DNA of 63,844 nt, counting the filler, from Psammoneis japonica (Eukaryota), in assembly GCA_008632985.1 (NCBI GenBank). It is 5 parts of 5 records of this genome, joined end to end, with 100 filler letters (N's around TTAATTAATTAA, not from the genome) between each part and the next. Parts side by side here need not be neighbours in the genome. Positions count along the whole stretch, not along the records: positions 41,926 to 55,145 come from QPGO01000504.1; positions 55,246 to 63,844 come from QPGO01000541.1; 3 more parts are not named here. One strand, 5' to 3'. Positions 53,080-63,844 of this stretch are shown piece after piece. The notes under the pieces were generated by a model. The model worked only from the letters and a program-made list of their open reading frames with translations, had not been told where the DNA came from and did no database searches. Position 1 is the stretch's first letter. Every line of letters begins with the position of its first letter. A program made the translations under genes and the position numbers.

Positions 53080-55145
53080 CTGGCCGGCAATCTCTTCTCA
53101 GCAGCCATTTGACTTTGAATCCCACTGAACAGTCCCACCCGTCTCCCAGGGCCGGGAAACAGTGGCACCATGCATGCTCCTTTTCTGCAAAGACGATTCA
53201 TTGGAATTGTGACATCCTCCAGGACAGTGGGCAGTGCTGGCAACCAAGGTGCGCATGTCCCACACAGCACATTACAAGCCTTCAGAAGACTGTCTCTGCA
53301 TTTGTGCAGATTCAGGTTTTCAGACATTTCCAGTGATCAATGGACGCGCTGTGACTGCAGATGCTTTGGAGACAGTCTCCAATGTCTCTCCTGCAGCTTC
53401 CCCAGCATTGGCACATGCCATTTGCACCAGTTGTTGGCAAACAACTTCCCCAGGCACATTGGTTTCCCTGCATCTGCTCCTCTGGCTCCCAACAATTTCA
53501 TGGCAATGTTGCAATCTCTCCCAAATGGGAGTCCTTGTTGTTTGGTGATTTGACCACACACACGTCAGTGTTTGAGACTGCAGACCTGCTTGTCCATCAT
53601 TGTGCCACTGTGGTCAGTGATGGATCTGTTCTTAATTTTCTGGGTGCATTTGGTTGGACACTTGCAGTTGACGGCACTCCATTGGTGGATTGTGCCGGCC
53701 CAGGCAACTGGTTTTCGTCCATCATCTTACCCAGCCGAAGTGCGCGGAATGTTGTCTTTCCTCAATTTCTTGTTTCAGTTGATGCAATGTTGTTGCAAAA
53801 TGCTTGCCAAAGGTGCGGACATGCACTGTGATGACTCCTCGCTTGTGTGCAATGTTTCCAATTTCCGGGCTTCTCCCTGTTTTGCCAATGATGAGGCAGT
53901 TCAAGGTGCCAGAGACTGTCAGCAGCAACATCACATTGCTGGCACTCTCTCCACAGATTGGGATGCATTGCATGAAAGTTTTCATTCCATGCAACAAATT
54001 TTGAAATGTCTCATGATGAACAGCATGGCACCAATGTCTCTGTCCACCAGGTCAAGGGACACCAAGATGACATGACACCCATGGATTCCTTGGCCTTGGC
54101 AGCTTGGTTGAATGTCAGAGCCAACAGGCTGGCAGGGCAGTGCCAAGGTCATTGCTTTGGAGACATCCTGTTTGTGCCTTGCATGCCTCATTGCAATGCC
54201 AACCTGATTGTCAATTGTGCCACAATGTCAGCCAAGCACAAGCCAGTCATTTGATGTGATGCATCCAGCCTGGCTCTGGTTTGTCACATGAAAGACAAGC
54301 ATGGATGGTCTGACAAAATCTGTGGATGATCAATTGGGAGGCACGTGCCAAGCCAATGTCTTGAAATGTCCACCGGAAAGTTGGCGCTGTCAAACTGGTG
54401 CAGGAACTTCTCCCAACAAACAAAACTGTCCACTGGTGCAACCCCACTCACCCAGATTGCTGCATTCACTGTCAAGATCCAATGGAAGACAGAGACCACA
54501 TTCTTTGTTGTCCACACAATGAGGCATGGCACCAAACATTTCTACAAGGACTGTGCAAGAAGTGCAATGACATCTGTGCATCCCCATCTTTACGTGATTT
54601 GATTCTTTCTGCCATGAAGTCATGGTTCCAAGTGGAGTTGCTTTGCACCAATGACCTTCATCACAGCGTGGTGTCAGTCTTCCAGTCTCAGGAGCAAATC
54701 AGATGGCATCAGCTGTTCAATGGATGTTTTTCCAAAGCTTGGAATGTGACTCAAACCTTGCATCTGTTGACAAGTGGCACTCATCAGAGCCTCTCTGAAC
54801 ATGAGAAGAGATTGGATTGGGCAGCTGCCATCGGCAATTGCATTTGGGAGCAGTGGTGGAGTTGTGGGAAAACGCTTCATGGTTCAGAAACAAGGCAGTC
54901 CTCCCAGCGTTGGGGTGCCAAAGTGGAGGTGAAAGCTGTGTGCTTGAGATCAGACGATTGTCTGGCAAGAGACAGGGTGCATCTGTTGGATTCGGTTGAA
55001 GAACATTTGACACATTCTGCACATTGTCTCTGCAATTGGCTGGCTGTGGTCAGGCCAATGATTGAATCAAGCATTGGAGAAGCAAAATGGTTTGCTGCAG
55101 GAGGCACGAGAACTATTGCAAGTTGTTTTGGTGTGGCATCACCCT
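53080..55145 (+). mobile_element. Non-LTR retrotransposon 3' part: RNase H-like domain and Cys/His knuckle; hypermutated
   Basis: VVSDGSV...GAFGW...SSYPAEVRGML, HQVKGHQDD, LNVRANRLA, CIHCQDPMEDRDHILCC, QEQIRWHQLFNGCFSKAW. Confidence 0.82.
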
Positions 55146-55245
55146 NNNNNNNNNNNNNNNNNNNNNNNNNNNNNNNNNNNNNNNNNNNNTTAATTAATTA
55201 ANNNNNNNNNNNNNNNNNNNNNNNNNNNNNNNNNNNNNNNNNNNN
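55146..55245. other. Artificial contig linker
   Basis: 44 N + TTAATTAATTAA + 44 N. Confidence 0.98.
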
Positions 55246-56024
55246 CGCCGTGAAGCAACAACCGTCCTTTGTTCATGTGGCGCAAGCACGAAATGGCGCC
55301 AACCACTCGATTGGCATTACAGCCGATGGCGTTGCCTATTCGTGGGGAAGTAGCAATTCCATGGGTCAACTTGGAAGAACAACAGCAAAAGGAAAGGCAT
55401 CCATTATACCGCATCCAGTTTCTATAGACAGTGTCCCTCTATTACGCGGTCATGTCGGAGGCTTGGGCCGAAAGTGGTCACTCTGCCATTTTGGATGTTT
55501 CGAGAACGAAATTGTACGTGGCGGGATGCGATCGTTGGCAACAGCTGGGATTGGGATCGTCCAGCGGTGGTGCTGCAGGATATACCTGGGGAGATGGAGG
55601 ACGTATATGGCGCAACGAGTTTGTGTTGAATACCTTTCTCCAAGACACCATGAAGGACGGTAGCAGCGGTTCATGCGAGATTCGAGACGTGAGTCTTGGA
55701 GGCGATCATACGGTTGTGCTTTCGGCAAACCAGCGAGATGTATATACCTTTGGCAAAGGTGGTGAGGGGCAGCTTGGAGTTGTGGGAAAGCCATTTGTGT
55801 TTGCGCCCGTCAAATCTACAACACTCTCGAGCAAAGCGAAACAAAACGAACCAGTGATTGCTGCCGTGTGTGCCATTCAACACTGTTCCATGACGCTAGA
55901 CGAGAATGGAAATATACTCAAACAGGCTGGAAAGTGTCGAAGGACCGATTCGTTCCAGGAATCATTGAAAGCGTGTGTCGCGCGAGCCGAAAAAGATGGA
56001 TTGATCCGCACAACAAAAGGGTGA
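55246..56024 (+). CDS. RCC1-repeat protein, 5'-truncated by the contig end
   Basis: GANHSIGITADGVAYSWGSSNSMGQLGR; VSLGGDHTVVLSANQRDVYTFGKGGEGQLG; one indel near 55460. Confidence 0.85.
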
Positions 56025-56782
56025 GCAGGCCTGGTTAGCCTCTCTCGTTAGCAAGCCAAATCATTGGCCGCGATCTTTGTGGTCACAAACGTCTAAATAC
56101 TTGGAGCTACCACTGATCTGCCTGTTCTTGTCCAAAGAAGAAAAGCGCCAAATGCATTTTTGGCGCGACAATCAAACACGACAACACTGAGCTTAATTAA
56201 GAAGAAGCTGCACAGCTGAAGCTCGCCTTTTAGTAGTTACAGCTAAAAACAAATTGGCATATGCGACAGAGAGATAGCCCTGCAGTTGTGTGTAGCATCT
56301 TGTTTGAAAAGAACTCTTGTTTTCGGGTCAGCGCACTTCAGTATCGCCTTCTTGGTGCGGTGATCTGTCCGTCACGCAGCCGTGACAAGCGCGCGAATTG
56401 TGCGCACTGACAACCCCGATGCATGACGCGTGCCGACACCGAGTCGTACACGACATGATGTCATCGCGTACAATGTACTAAACAGTTACGTTAATCTCCC
56501 ACCACTCATCCACAGAAACGCGACCCAAGTAGAATTGTACGGCGTATTTGCACCAACATGGACCACGTTTGCTTCTCATTGATGAAACACGCACATGTTG
56601 AAGTGGAAGTCGAGTTGTCACTCTCGTTTCAAAGAAAGAAGCATCGCGTCGACTGAACATTTGCATCAACCACCATCCAATCCATCGGGAGAGGGAGAGT
56701 GGTAATCAACATTAACTTTCTTGCAACAAAGATTCTATTGGTTTTGTTATCAACAACTTCAGGACTAACAACAACAACAACC

Positions 56783-58121
56783 ATGAGCAGTAGCAGTTGT
56801 GAAGAAAAGAAACAAGAAGGTCAGAGTGTCGCGGCTCGATTGGCACGTCCCAACATCTTAACCTTGGCTCCGTATCGTTGTGCCCGCGATGATTATTCCA
56901 GCGGTGTCTTGTTGGATGCCAACGAAAACGCCTACGGTCCCACATCACTTCCCACCAATTCGTTGGACCCCTACGACAATCACAATACGCTCGAACGGTA
57001 TCCCGATCCATACCAAGTTCCCCTAAAGAGGCCTTTTGTCAATACCGTGGATTTGGTTTGACACCGGCCAACGTCTTTGTCGGTGTGGGTTCCGACGAAG
57101 CGATTGATTTGTTGATGCGTATTTTTTGTAGGCCCGGTGTAGACAATATCATGACGACACCACCCACCTATGGCATGTACAAGGTTTGTGCCAAGGTCAA
57201 TGACGTGGAAATTGTCAATGTGCCATTGACACCCGAGTTTGATTTGCAAATACCAGAGGTATGTTGTATGCTTGTGTGAAGAGAGAGTGTGTTGATGAAA
57301 CTTGCGGAGTTTTTGGCTTTATTGTCTCGGTTCTTACCAACAAACTTTACTCTTCTTTTCTATTTTAGATGCTCCATGCCGTCACTCCCAATACCAAACT
57401 CATGTTTGTCTGCAGCCCAGGCAATCCCACCGCCAAGGCCATTCCCTTGGAGGATGTGGAAAGGCTCGCTACGTCTCGCTATGACGGAATTGTGGTGGTG
57501 GATGAAGCCTATGTTGACTTTTCCACCCGTGGCACGGCGTTGGAATTGGTACACAAGTATCCTAATGTGGTCGTGCTGCAAACCTTGTCGAAAGCGTTTG
57601 GCTTGGCCGGTATCCGTTGTGGCTTTTGCATCGGTGCACCCGATGTCATTCAGCTTTTGAATAATGTCAAGGCACCCTACAATGTCAATGCCCTCACCGA
57701 AGAAGTGGCCTTGAATGCCTTTGGAAAAAGCATTGATGTATTGAAAAGCAACATTGCGTCCATTTTGGAACAGCGTGAAATCGTCATGGCCCAACTTGCC
57801 GCGCTGGACTTTGTCGTCAAGGTGTATCCGTCCGACTCGAATTTTGTCTTGTTTTCCATGAAACAAAAGGCACAGGAAGTGTACAAAGCGGTGCGTTTGT
57901 AATATCGTGTTACTGATTCTGTGTATTTTTGATTTGAGCGCAAAAGCCTCACGTGATCATCTCTATTTTTTCTTTTCGTTTTTGCAGATGGCGGACGGGG
58001 AGTGGTGACGCGCTACAGGGGAAGTGAATTGCACTGCAACGAGTGCATTCGGGTAACGATTGGTACCGAAGAAGAAAACAAAACCTTTCTCGAAGCTCTT
58101 GTGCGCACCTACAATGAATGA
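56783..58121 (+). CDS. hisC: Histidinol-phosphate aminotransferase
   Basis: LDANEN, ERYPDP, GVGSDEAID, CSPGNPT, VVDEAY, TLSKAFGLAGIRCG (PLP lysine), IRVTIGT; introns 57259-57368 and 57891-57987; indels near 57030 and 58000. Confidence 0.95.
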
Positions 58122-58227
58122 CGGGTGGCAAATAACTTGACATGGTACGAACAATAAAAAATGATATACATTTGAAACTACAGTATTGTAATGAGAGAGA
58201 TTCTTAATTGCGTCACACACACACAAT

Positions 58228-59150
58228 TTATGATTCTTCATCCTCCCATCCCACATTCAAGTCTGTGTTTGAGTTGCTTGTATTGATCCTCTCGCAACGC
58301 CATCTGTTTTTCAACCACGATTCCTCCGTCGTGGCAACATCCAAACTCTTTTTCAATTCCACCAACGCCTTTTCCGCTTGTTCCACTTGACTCGTCAGGT
58401 TTGATTTTTGTTGCGCCGTCTTGGTCAAACGCGTCGAGGCCGATTTCAAATCCTCCTCCACGGCCACCAGACACGCCTTGCAACGACGGCGACGACCGGC
58501 CACAATCATGTCGACACCGGGTGGTGTGACGGTTACGCGATAGGTGACTTCCTTTTCACGGAGCCACGAATATTCATTGTCAAAGCTAAACACCAACATG
58601 CACGGTACGGCGCCCACGAGAAACTTGCCCGTCACGGGAGCCTTGTGTGCGTCGACGCGAGACAAGTCCTAAACAAGAAAAAAAGAGAGAGAGGTGAGTT
58701 ATGATGCTGTAATTCACATAAAAACACTTATAAACAAATTCCATCCCGCCTTACCTTCACAATCGTCGTTCCTTCTTCTCGTTCTGCCGTAATTCCAAAT
58801 CCCAAATCATAATTTTTCGATTCCACCGTATACTCCACGACCGATCCGGGTGCCGTCACGTGAATGGGAACATCCAACCGTCCTCGAAGCGCCACAGGCA
58901 CGGCTCGTCCGGCATAGACACTCTCCTTTCCCTCGTATACACTTAATTTGGGACCGTCCACTTGCTTGAGAAGAGGCTCTGCCGTTGGGGCATTCAAGAG
59001 TGACGGTGACGGTACGTACGACTCATCGGCAGACGCGGTGGCTTCGGCGACGGCTTGTTTTTCCAATTCCGCTAAACGCTTCTTTTCTTCGTCCTTGCTG
59101 TCTTGTGGAGGTGGACTGCTACTGCTACCGTTGCTGGTGTCGTTCGACAT
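58228..59150 (-). CDS. GOLD-domain protein with C-terminal coiled coil
   Basis: VVEYTVESKNYDLGFGI...LVFSFDNEYSWLREKEVTY; frame-preserving intron 58669-58754; probable indel near 58300. Confidence 0.8.
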
Positions 59151-59891
59151 GGTTGCAACGTTTCTCTCTCAACGCCAATGCGACGGCACAAGTGACCGGC
59201 AGAAAAGAGTGCCGTGTGCAAAATGACGGTCCGCGTAGAAATTACGTGGAATTGTACCAACGACGCGAAGATTTCGTGCAACGCAACAAAAGTGGGCCGT
59301 GAATGTTAAACGTTTATACGGTCATTAATAAACATTGTTTATGATAAGATTCATGCGTATATAATTCAGTTGAGAATTTTATGATATATGACTTACATAA
59401 TAATTGTGCGGCAGGACGATCGTGCAAAGTCCAAAAATGACCTTGACACAAATCGAAATAACCGATAATTGTGCTGAATCGTCAAAATGACTTCTTTTTG
59501 ATTCTTCTGATCCGTTCACGAGTACATTATATATTATCCGTTGAGAAAATTATCAGATGATATGACAAGTCATATCATTCCAAGGCAACAGGAGCAGGAC
59601 GTTCTCGCAAAAGTCCAACAGACAGTTAATGACCCTATAAAACCGAACCAATATTATCACCTAAGTAAGCAGTGATATTGTCATTGTGCTGAATCATCAA
59701 AATGACTCTATTCGAGCTCTGCTTTCCTTTTGTAAAGAAATACGTTTTCGTATGAACAAATACTTCACTTTTCGAGCTCTTCATGAGGAAAAATCTCATG
59801 CGGTCATTTGGACACCCACCGTCCACTTTTTCGAGCACCTTGTTTGCTTCCTTTTCGAGCACATTTTTATTCTTAGGAGAGAGCGACAACC

Positions 59892-61334
59892 ATGAAACTA
59901 CTCAATACGTTGTCTATCGGCCTCCAAGCTGTGACATGAGCTGTCCTTGTCATTGTTGTTGTCATTGGCTCTGTCGAATCGAGAGTGAGAAACGACAAGG
60001 AACCACCACGGTGTGAATTCGATCCGGATTTGCTGGACGCTTTACATCGCAAAGGCATGCTCAACCCGAGTGCACCAGGGAAAGCACCACCATTACAATT
60101 TAGGTACACCAAATTTTGGGGTTACAAAGATACTTGTTGGCTTGCCGAGCAGTTGCTCGTGACGGAAGCTTTGGGTGGACACCATCCGTTTTGCAACAAC
60201 CATGCCCAAAACCGAAACCTCCTCTATTTGCTGACCACCCGAGCGGGAAGTATGAAGCCAGCAACAGAGGCAGTTCAACAAATGGGACATCTTTTGCGAA
60301 AGTCCGACTTTTCCAAAATCACAATGGCCGACAGTTACCAAATGGAGTCATTGTTCCCAAACACGAAACTCATTCAGGCTGAAAAAGAAAGGACTCTCAA
60401 GCAGTTACGAGGAAAAGGACTTTCGGTATTACCTCGTTCCATGAGTTCGGATTGGTTAGATGGCTTGACTAACGACCTAAAGGACAAGGACTTTTTGGAG
60501 ATGGCGCACGGATGGACCTTGAAGGGGCTCACACCAGAAGTGGCTCGCGACAAGCAATACTACGGTACCTTCATGTTGCATGACTTGAACCAAGGACTTG
60601 AAATAGCTAAAGTCCAGCAGATTGCTTATGATCCTTTCATTTTGGATGTCCTGCAGGATCTATTGGGCGCACCGCCCGTCATCCGGACGGTGGATGTCTT
60701 TATGAACGTCGCACGCGAAGACGGAAATACGACAAAGTTTTCATTTGATACTTGGCACAAGGACTTTAATTCAGCTCGATCTGTCAAAGTCTTTGTCTTC
60801 CTCACGAATGCCACCGATCCAAGGCTTGGACCGCATACTTACATTCCTTACACTCAAAATGTAATGGGACCATCGTATCCGACTGAAAAGAGCGTACCAG
60901 GGTACACACAGTTAATTGAAGAGTATGCACTCTCCATGGCATCTCAAGTTCTGCCAGAGGATTACCTAAAACAGAACATCTTTACGCAGCAACAAGAGGC
61001 CCTATTTGGACATGCCGGTACCGTATGGATTGAGGATACGCACGTGTTTCACAAGGCCGAGAAAAATCTAGAAGGATGGCGTGGTCTCCTACAAATTGAC
61101 TATACGGCCACGGGATACTGCGGGAAGGACCACGCATCATTGCATAAACCGCTGTCAAGGATACCGACGGGGAACAAAACACAAGAGGCGTTGCGACTGT
61201 TCCCTCGACTCTTTCAACGAGCCCAAGTTGGAGAGTATGCGAAACCAAATGAAAAGATTCTCGAATCGCCCGCCAAAAGTGTCCTACCCAAAGCGAAACC
61301 ATTGGAGTCTCATTTTGCCGGTACCCTTTTATAG
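59892..61334 (+). CDS. PhyH-like 2OG-Fe(II) dioxygenase domain with N-terminal hydrophobic anchor
   Basis: WHKD...VKVFVFLT...GPHTYIP...GTVWIEDTHVFHKA...R (HxD...H). The in-frame leader from ATG 59892 is interrupted by TGA at 59937. Confidence 0.75.
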
Positions 61335-61342
61335 ATGAGGCG

Positions 61343-62810
61343 ATGCAAGTCAATGACCCTACAGATCATGCTGGTTACGTCCAAGCTGGCTTTCAAAAAG
61401 CTGGAAATTGGAATTATTCAAAAGATGAGTTGCCTGAAGTACCCTGTTGGGAGTATGGATGTCAGCGCTGCCTGAAAGCAAAGGGGTTGGGCAATTGCAA
61501 GTTGTGCTCGCAATTACATTCTTGCACCTGTTCCTGTGAACACTTGTTTACATGTGACAATACCGATTCCAATCCAAAAACAAAAGATACTTTGGATAGG
61601 CATGAATTTCCGGTCAATGTGAGTAATGCGCCATCACTCTCTCGCCACGGCAGTATCACCAAATTGATTCCGCGTGTCATAATCCAGTTCTGGTACTCAT
61701 TGGATCCCATTCCTGATGGTTCAGGTAAAGCATACCAGCAAACGCACCTCATGATGAACAAATGGAAGAATCTAGATGGCTTTGATTACAAGGTCTTCGA
61801 TAACGAAACTGCTCGATCGTTTCTTGCCCAGAATTTCCCATCAGTTGTCCTGGAAGCCTACGACACGCTGATACCCGGTGCGTTTAAATCGGATCTTTTT
61901 CGATATGCGTCGCTTCTCATCAATGGCGGTATTTACGTCGACAACGATCTCTATTTTCCTGGTGTAGAGGAGGAGTTGGAGCGACTTTTACAGCAAGACG
62001 AAATCGGGTTGCTGACATCTGTTGATCAAAGTGCCGGGATTGAAGGTAAAGGCGTCCGTTCTAGCTGTCTTCTTTCTGGTTTGATTGCAAGTTATCCCGG
62101 ACATCCAGCGATGGCACTTGCTTTGTCGAGACTAGTCAGCCAGATCTTGAATCGCGACACTCTTCCAGATTTGATGAAAATCTTTGCCCCGATCCTCAAA
62201 CATCGACTGTGTAACACTCGGACATTTGTATCTTACCGGACCCTGCCTTGTAGGCAGCGCCGTCAATTTTGCTCTTGGCCGTAGTCCGTTTTCAGAATTT
62301 ACACCGGGAGATATTTCTGTAACTGGAGTCGAGAGATTTCCAATTATCGGTGATATCAGGTTGCTTCAGTTCGATTTCGTACCATGTCAAGACAGCAAGC
62401 ATACTCTTTCTGGAGGCAATTGTAAGAAGGGCCAAAAGGTGATGCGAAGAATCCATGTTGATCCACATGGCAACGTCACAGAAATCACGTGGTCCAAGTT
62501 AACACCAGAGACTCCTCGTACAAAGGAAAACCAACACTATGGGAAATTGACTGGTATGGTCCCTCCCGTCCACATGTACAGTCGCGGGATTTACAAGGAA
62601 AACAATGACACAAGAGACACAAACCGGGCGCTATGGTACGACTTTGCCGTATCCACAAAGAATTCATCGTGGCTTCCCTACTACACAACCGCTATAGCGC
62701 CCGGAAGGCACGGTCGACTCAAGCGTCCTGGTTCGGTGATTGACAAGAGACGATGTATTCGAATGGTGCCTTGGAAATGGTCCAGGCGGATGAGTGGCAA
62801 GCTCTACTGA
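61343..62810 (+). CDS. GT32 (OCH1-like, DxD) glycosyltransferase domain preceded by a Cys-rich segment
   Basis: IPRVIIQFW, YDTLIPGAFKSDLFRY, GGIYVDND; after a frameshift near 62190, LTGPCLVGSAVN. Confidence 0.85.
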
Positions 62811-63844
62811 TACTACAGGGGCTTGGTTTTTTGTGCTTGTTGTTTATTCGCTATATTCGCTCACTCAAACGTTGTCAGCGGCAGTTCCGGAGAAAGCGAC
62901 GGAAATGTTGATGACTTTGTCCCAAGAAAAGCTGATTAAGAAACGCCTTAGTAGCAAGATTCATCGATAAATCCAAGAGCCACAACGGGTATTGAATACG
63001 ACTCCTGTTTGGATCTACCGAGTGGGGACAATTGGCAATTGCAAATAATCAAATTGTAGAGGTTGGGGAACAGCCTGCTCTGCATTTTTGCTTTCCCCTT
63101 CACCTTATACAACCGTCATTAGGAAAAAGCTCTACAAAACTGTAGTCGTACCACTCAGTTGTCTTGAAGAACTCAATCGTTTTCGTTCGTTCACTACGTA
63201 GTTATAATGCAGAATGCAGAGCTTCCGGCCCATTTATTATCTTCGCATTGTCAGACCAAATTTCTCAGTTCCGTTTCACTATCAGAAGAGTCTCCTGAAT
63301 TGCTGGCTGGCACCCTTTCTGGGTTACCACGCTGTGCTGCTTCATTGCGGGCATTCATAATTTCACGGCGTGCAGTCCTGTCGCCCCATCAACCATGTCG
63401 TTAGCACGTGTCAAGTCAATGACACCATGGCCACGAAATCCCTCTAATAACGTTGAACTTCGTCGACGTTGGCATCCTCAGACAAGCAACTCAAGCACTC
63501 TGCAAGGGCGCCTTGTTGCTCCAATGACGAAGTTCCTGAAGGAAACGGTCCAACTCCGTGTAGATTACCCCATTTTGACAAACAGTCATTGGCCAGGGTT
63601 TGAATGTGCTCGTTGAGATCCCTCTCATCTGCCGGAGGTAATTTTCTAACTGTTACAAGTTCCTTGAATTGTTCCAAGCGAGCATTGTTGTCAGCAGCAC
63701 CAGGAAACAGACTTGCAGGAAAAGCTCATCGCTGGTGGGATTGACTGAATCAACTCTCACAATGTTGGGTGCAACCCTGAGAATGATTCTGGACCTGCCA
63801 TGTCTGCAGAAACAGAACAAAATAACAAATGTCCTCTCATGGAC

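Larger units (their letters stand above)
43670..55145. other. Domain depleted of both TpA and CpG, right part of contig 4
   Basis: TA falls away within ~350 bp downstream of the GST stop; CpG is also rare (1 CG in 47041-47400). Confidence 0.92.

Noticed and set aside
1..55145. Classical RIP or plain CpG decay as the explanation
   Set aside because: RIP raises TpA and CpG decay does not remove it; several TA-free elements remain CpG-rich.
13984..55245. Four regularly spaced TTAATTAATTAA motifs, and gene neighbourhoods across them
   Set aside because: They are identical 100-nt synthetic linkers. Contig lengths fall in order (13869, 13773, 13220), indicating size-sorted unplaced contigs, so adjacency across them is not biological.
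42036..62810. Programmed frameshifting or mass pseudogenisation of GST, RCC1, hisC, GOLD and GT32 genes
   Set aside because: Scattered small indels, several in homopolymers, across otherwise intact housekeeping genes fit unpolished assembly error better.
63207..63844. Short ORFs at the window end
   Set aside because: No recognisable motif and interrupted by stops; too little sequence to call.

Overview
Eukaryotic DNA, most likely from a diatom (inferred from short GT-AG introns, diatom-type Copia and non-LTR element motifs, and TTAGGG-derived repeats). The window is five unrelated contigs joined by artificial 100-nt linkers (44N-TTAATTAATTAA-44N), and it has many single-base indels, several in homopolymers. 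It splits sharply into two states. (1) Gene regions (~34.0-43.6 kb, 55.2-63.6 kb) have normal dinucleotide content. They encode a SUMO-like/SIM/PHD-like multi-exon protein, a class-3 lipase remnant, a glutathionyl-hydroquinone-reductase-like GST lacking the catalytic Cys, an RCC1-repeat protein, HisC, a GOLD-domain protein and a probable 2OG-Fe(II) dioxygenase-GT32 fusion. (2) Transposon/repeat regions (1-33.8 kb, 43.7-55.1 kb) have lost almost all TpA dinucleotides to TpG or CpA. Conserved Tyr codons of Copia and MULE proteins read Cys or His, a telomere-like array reads TTGGGG/TCAGGG, and paralogous repeat copies show TA opposite TG/CA. This is the reverse of fungal RIP and points to a TE-targeted, TpA-specific A-to-G hypermutation system, the main finding here. 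The mechanism is inferred and novelty needs a literature check. All counts are hand tallies.
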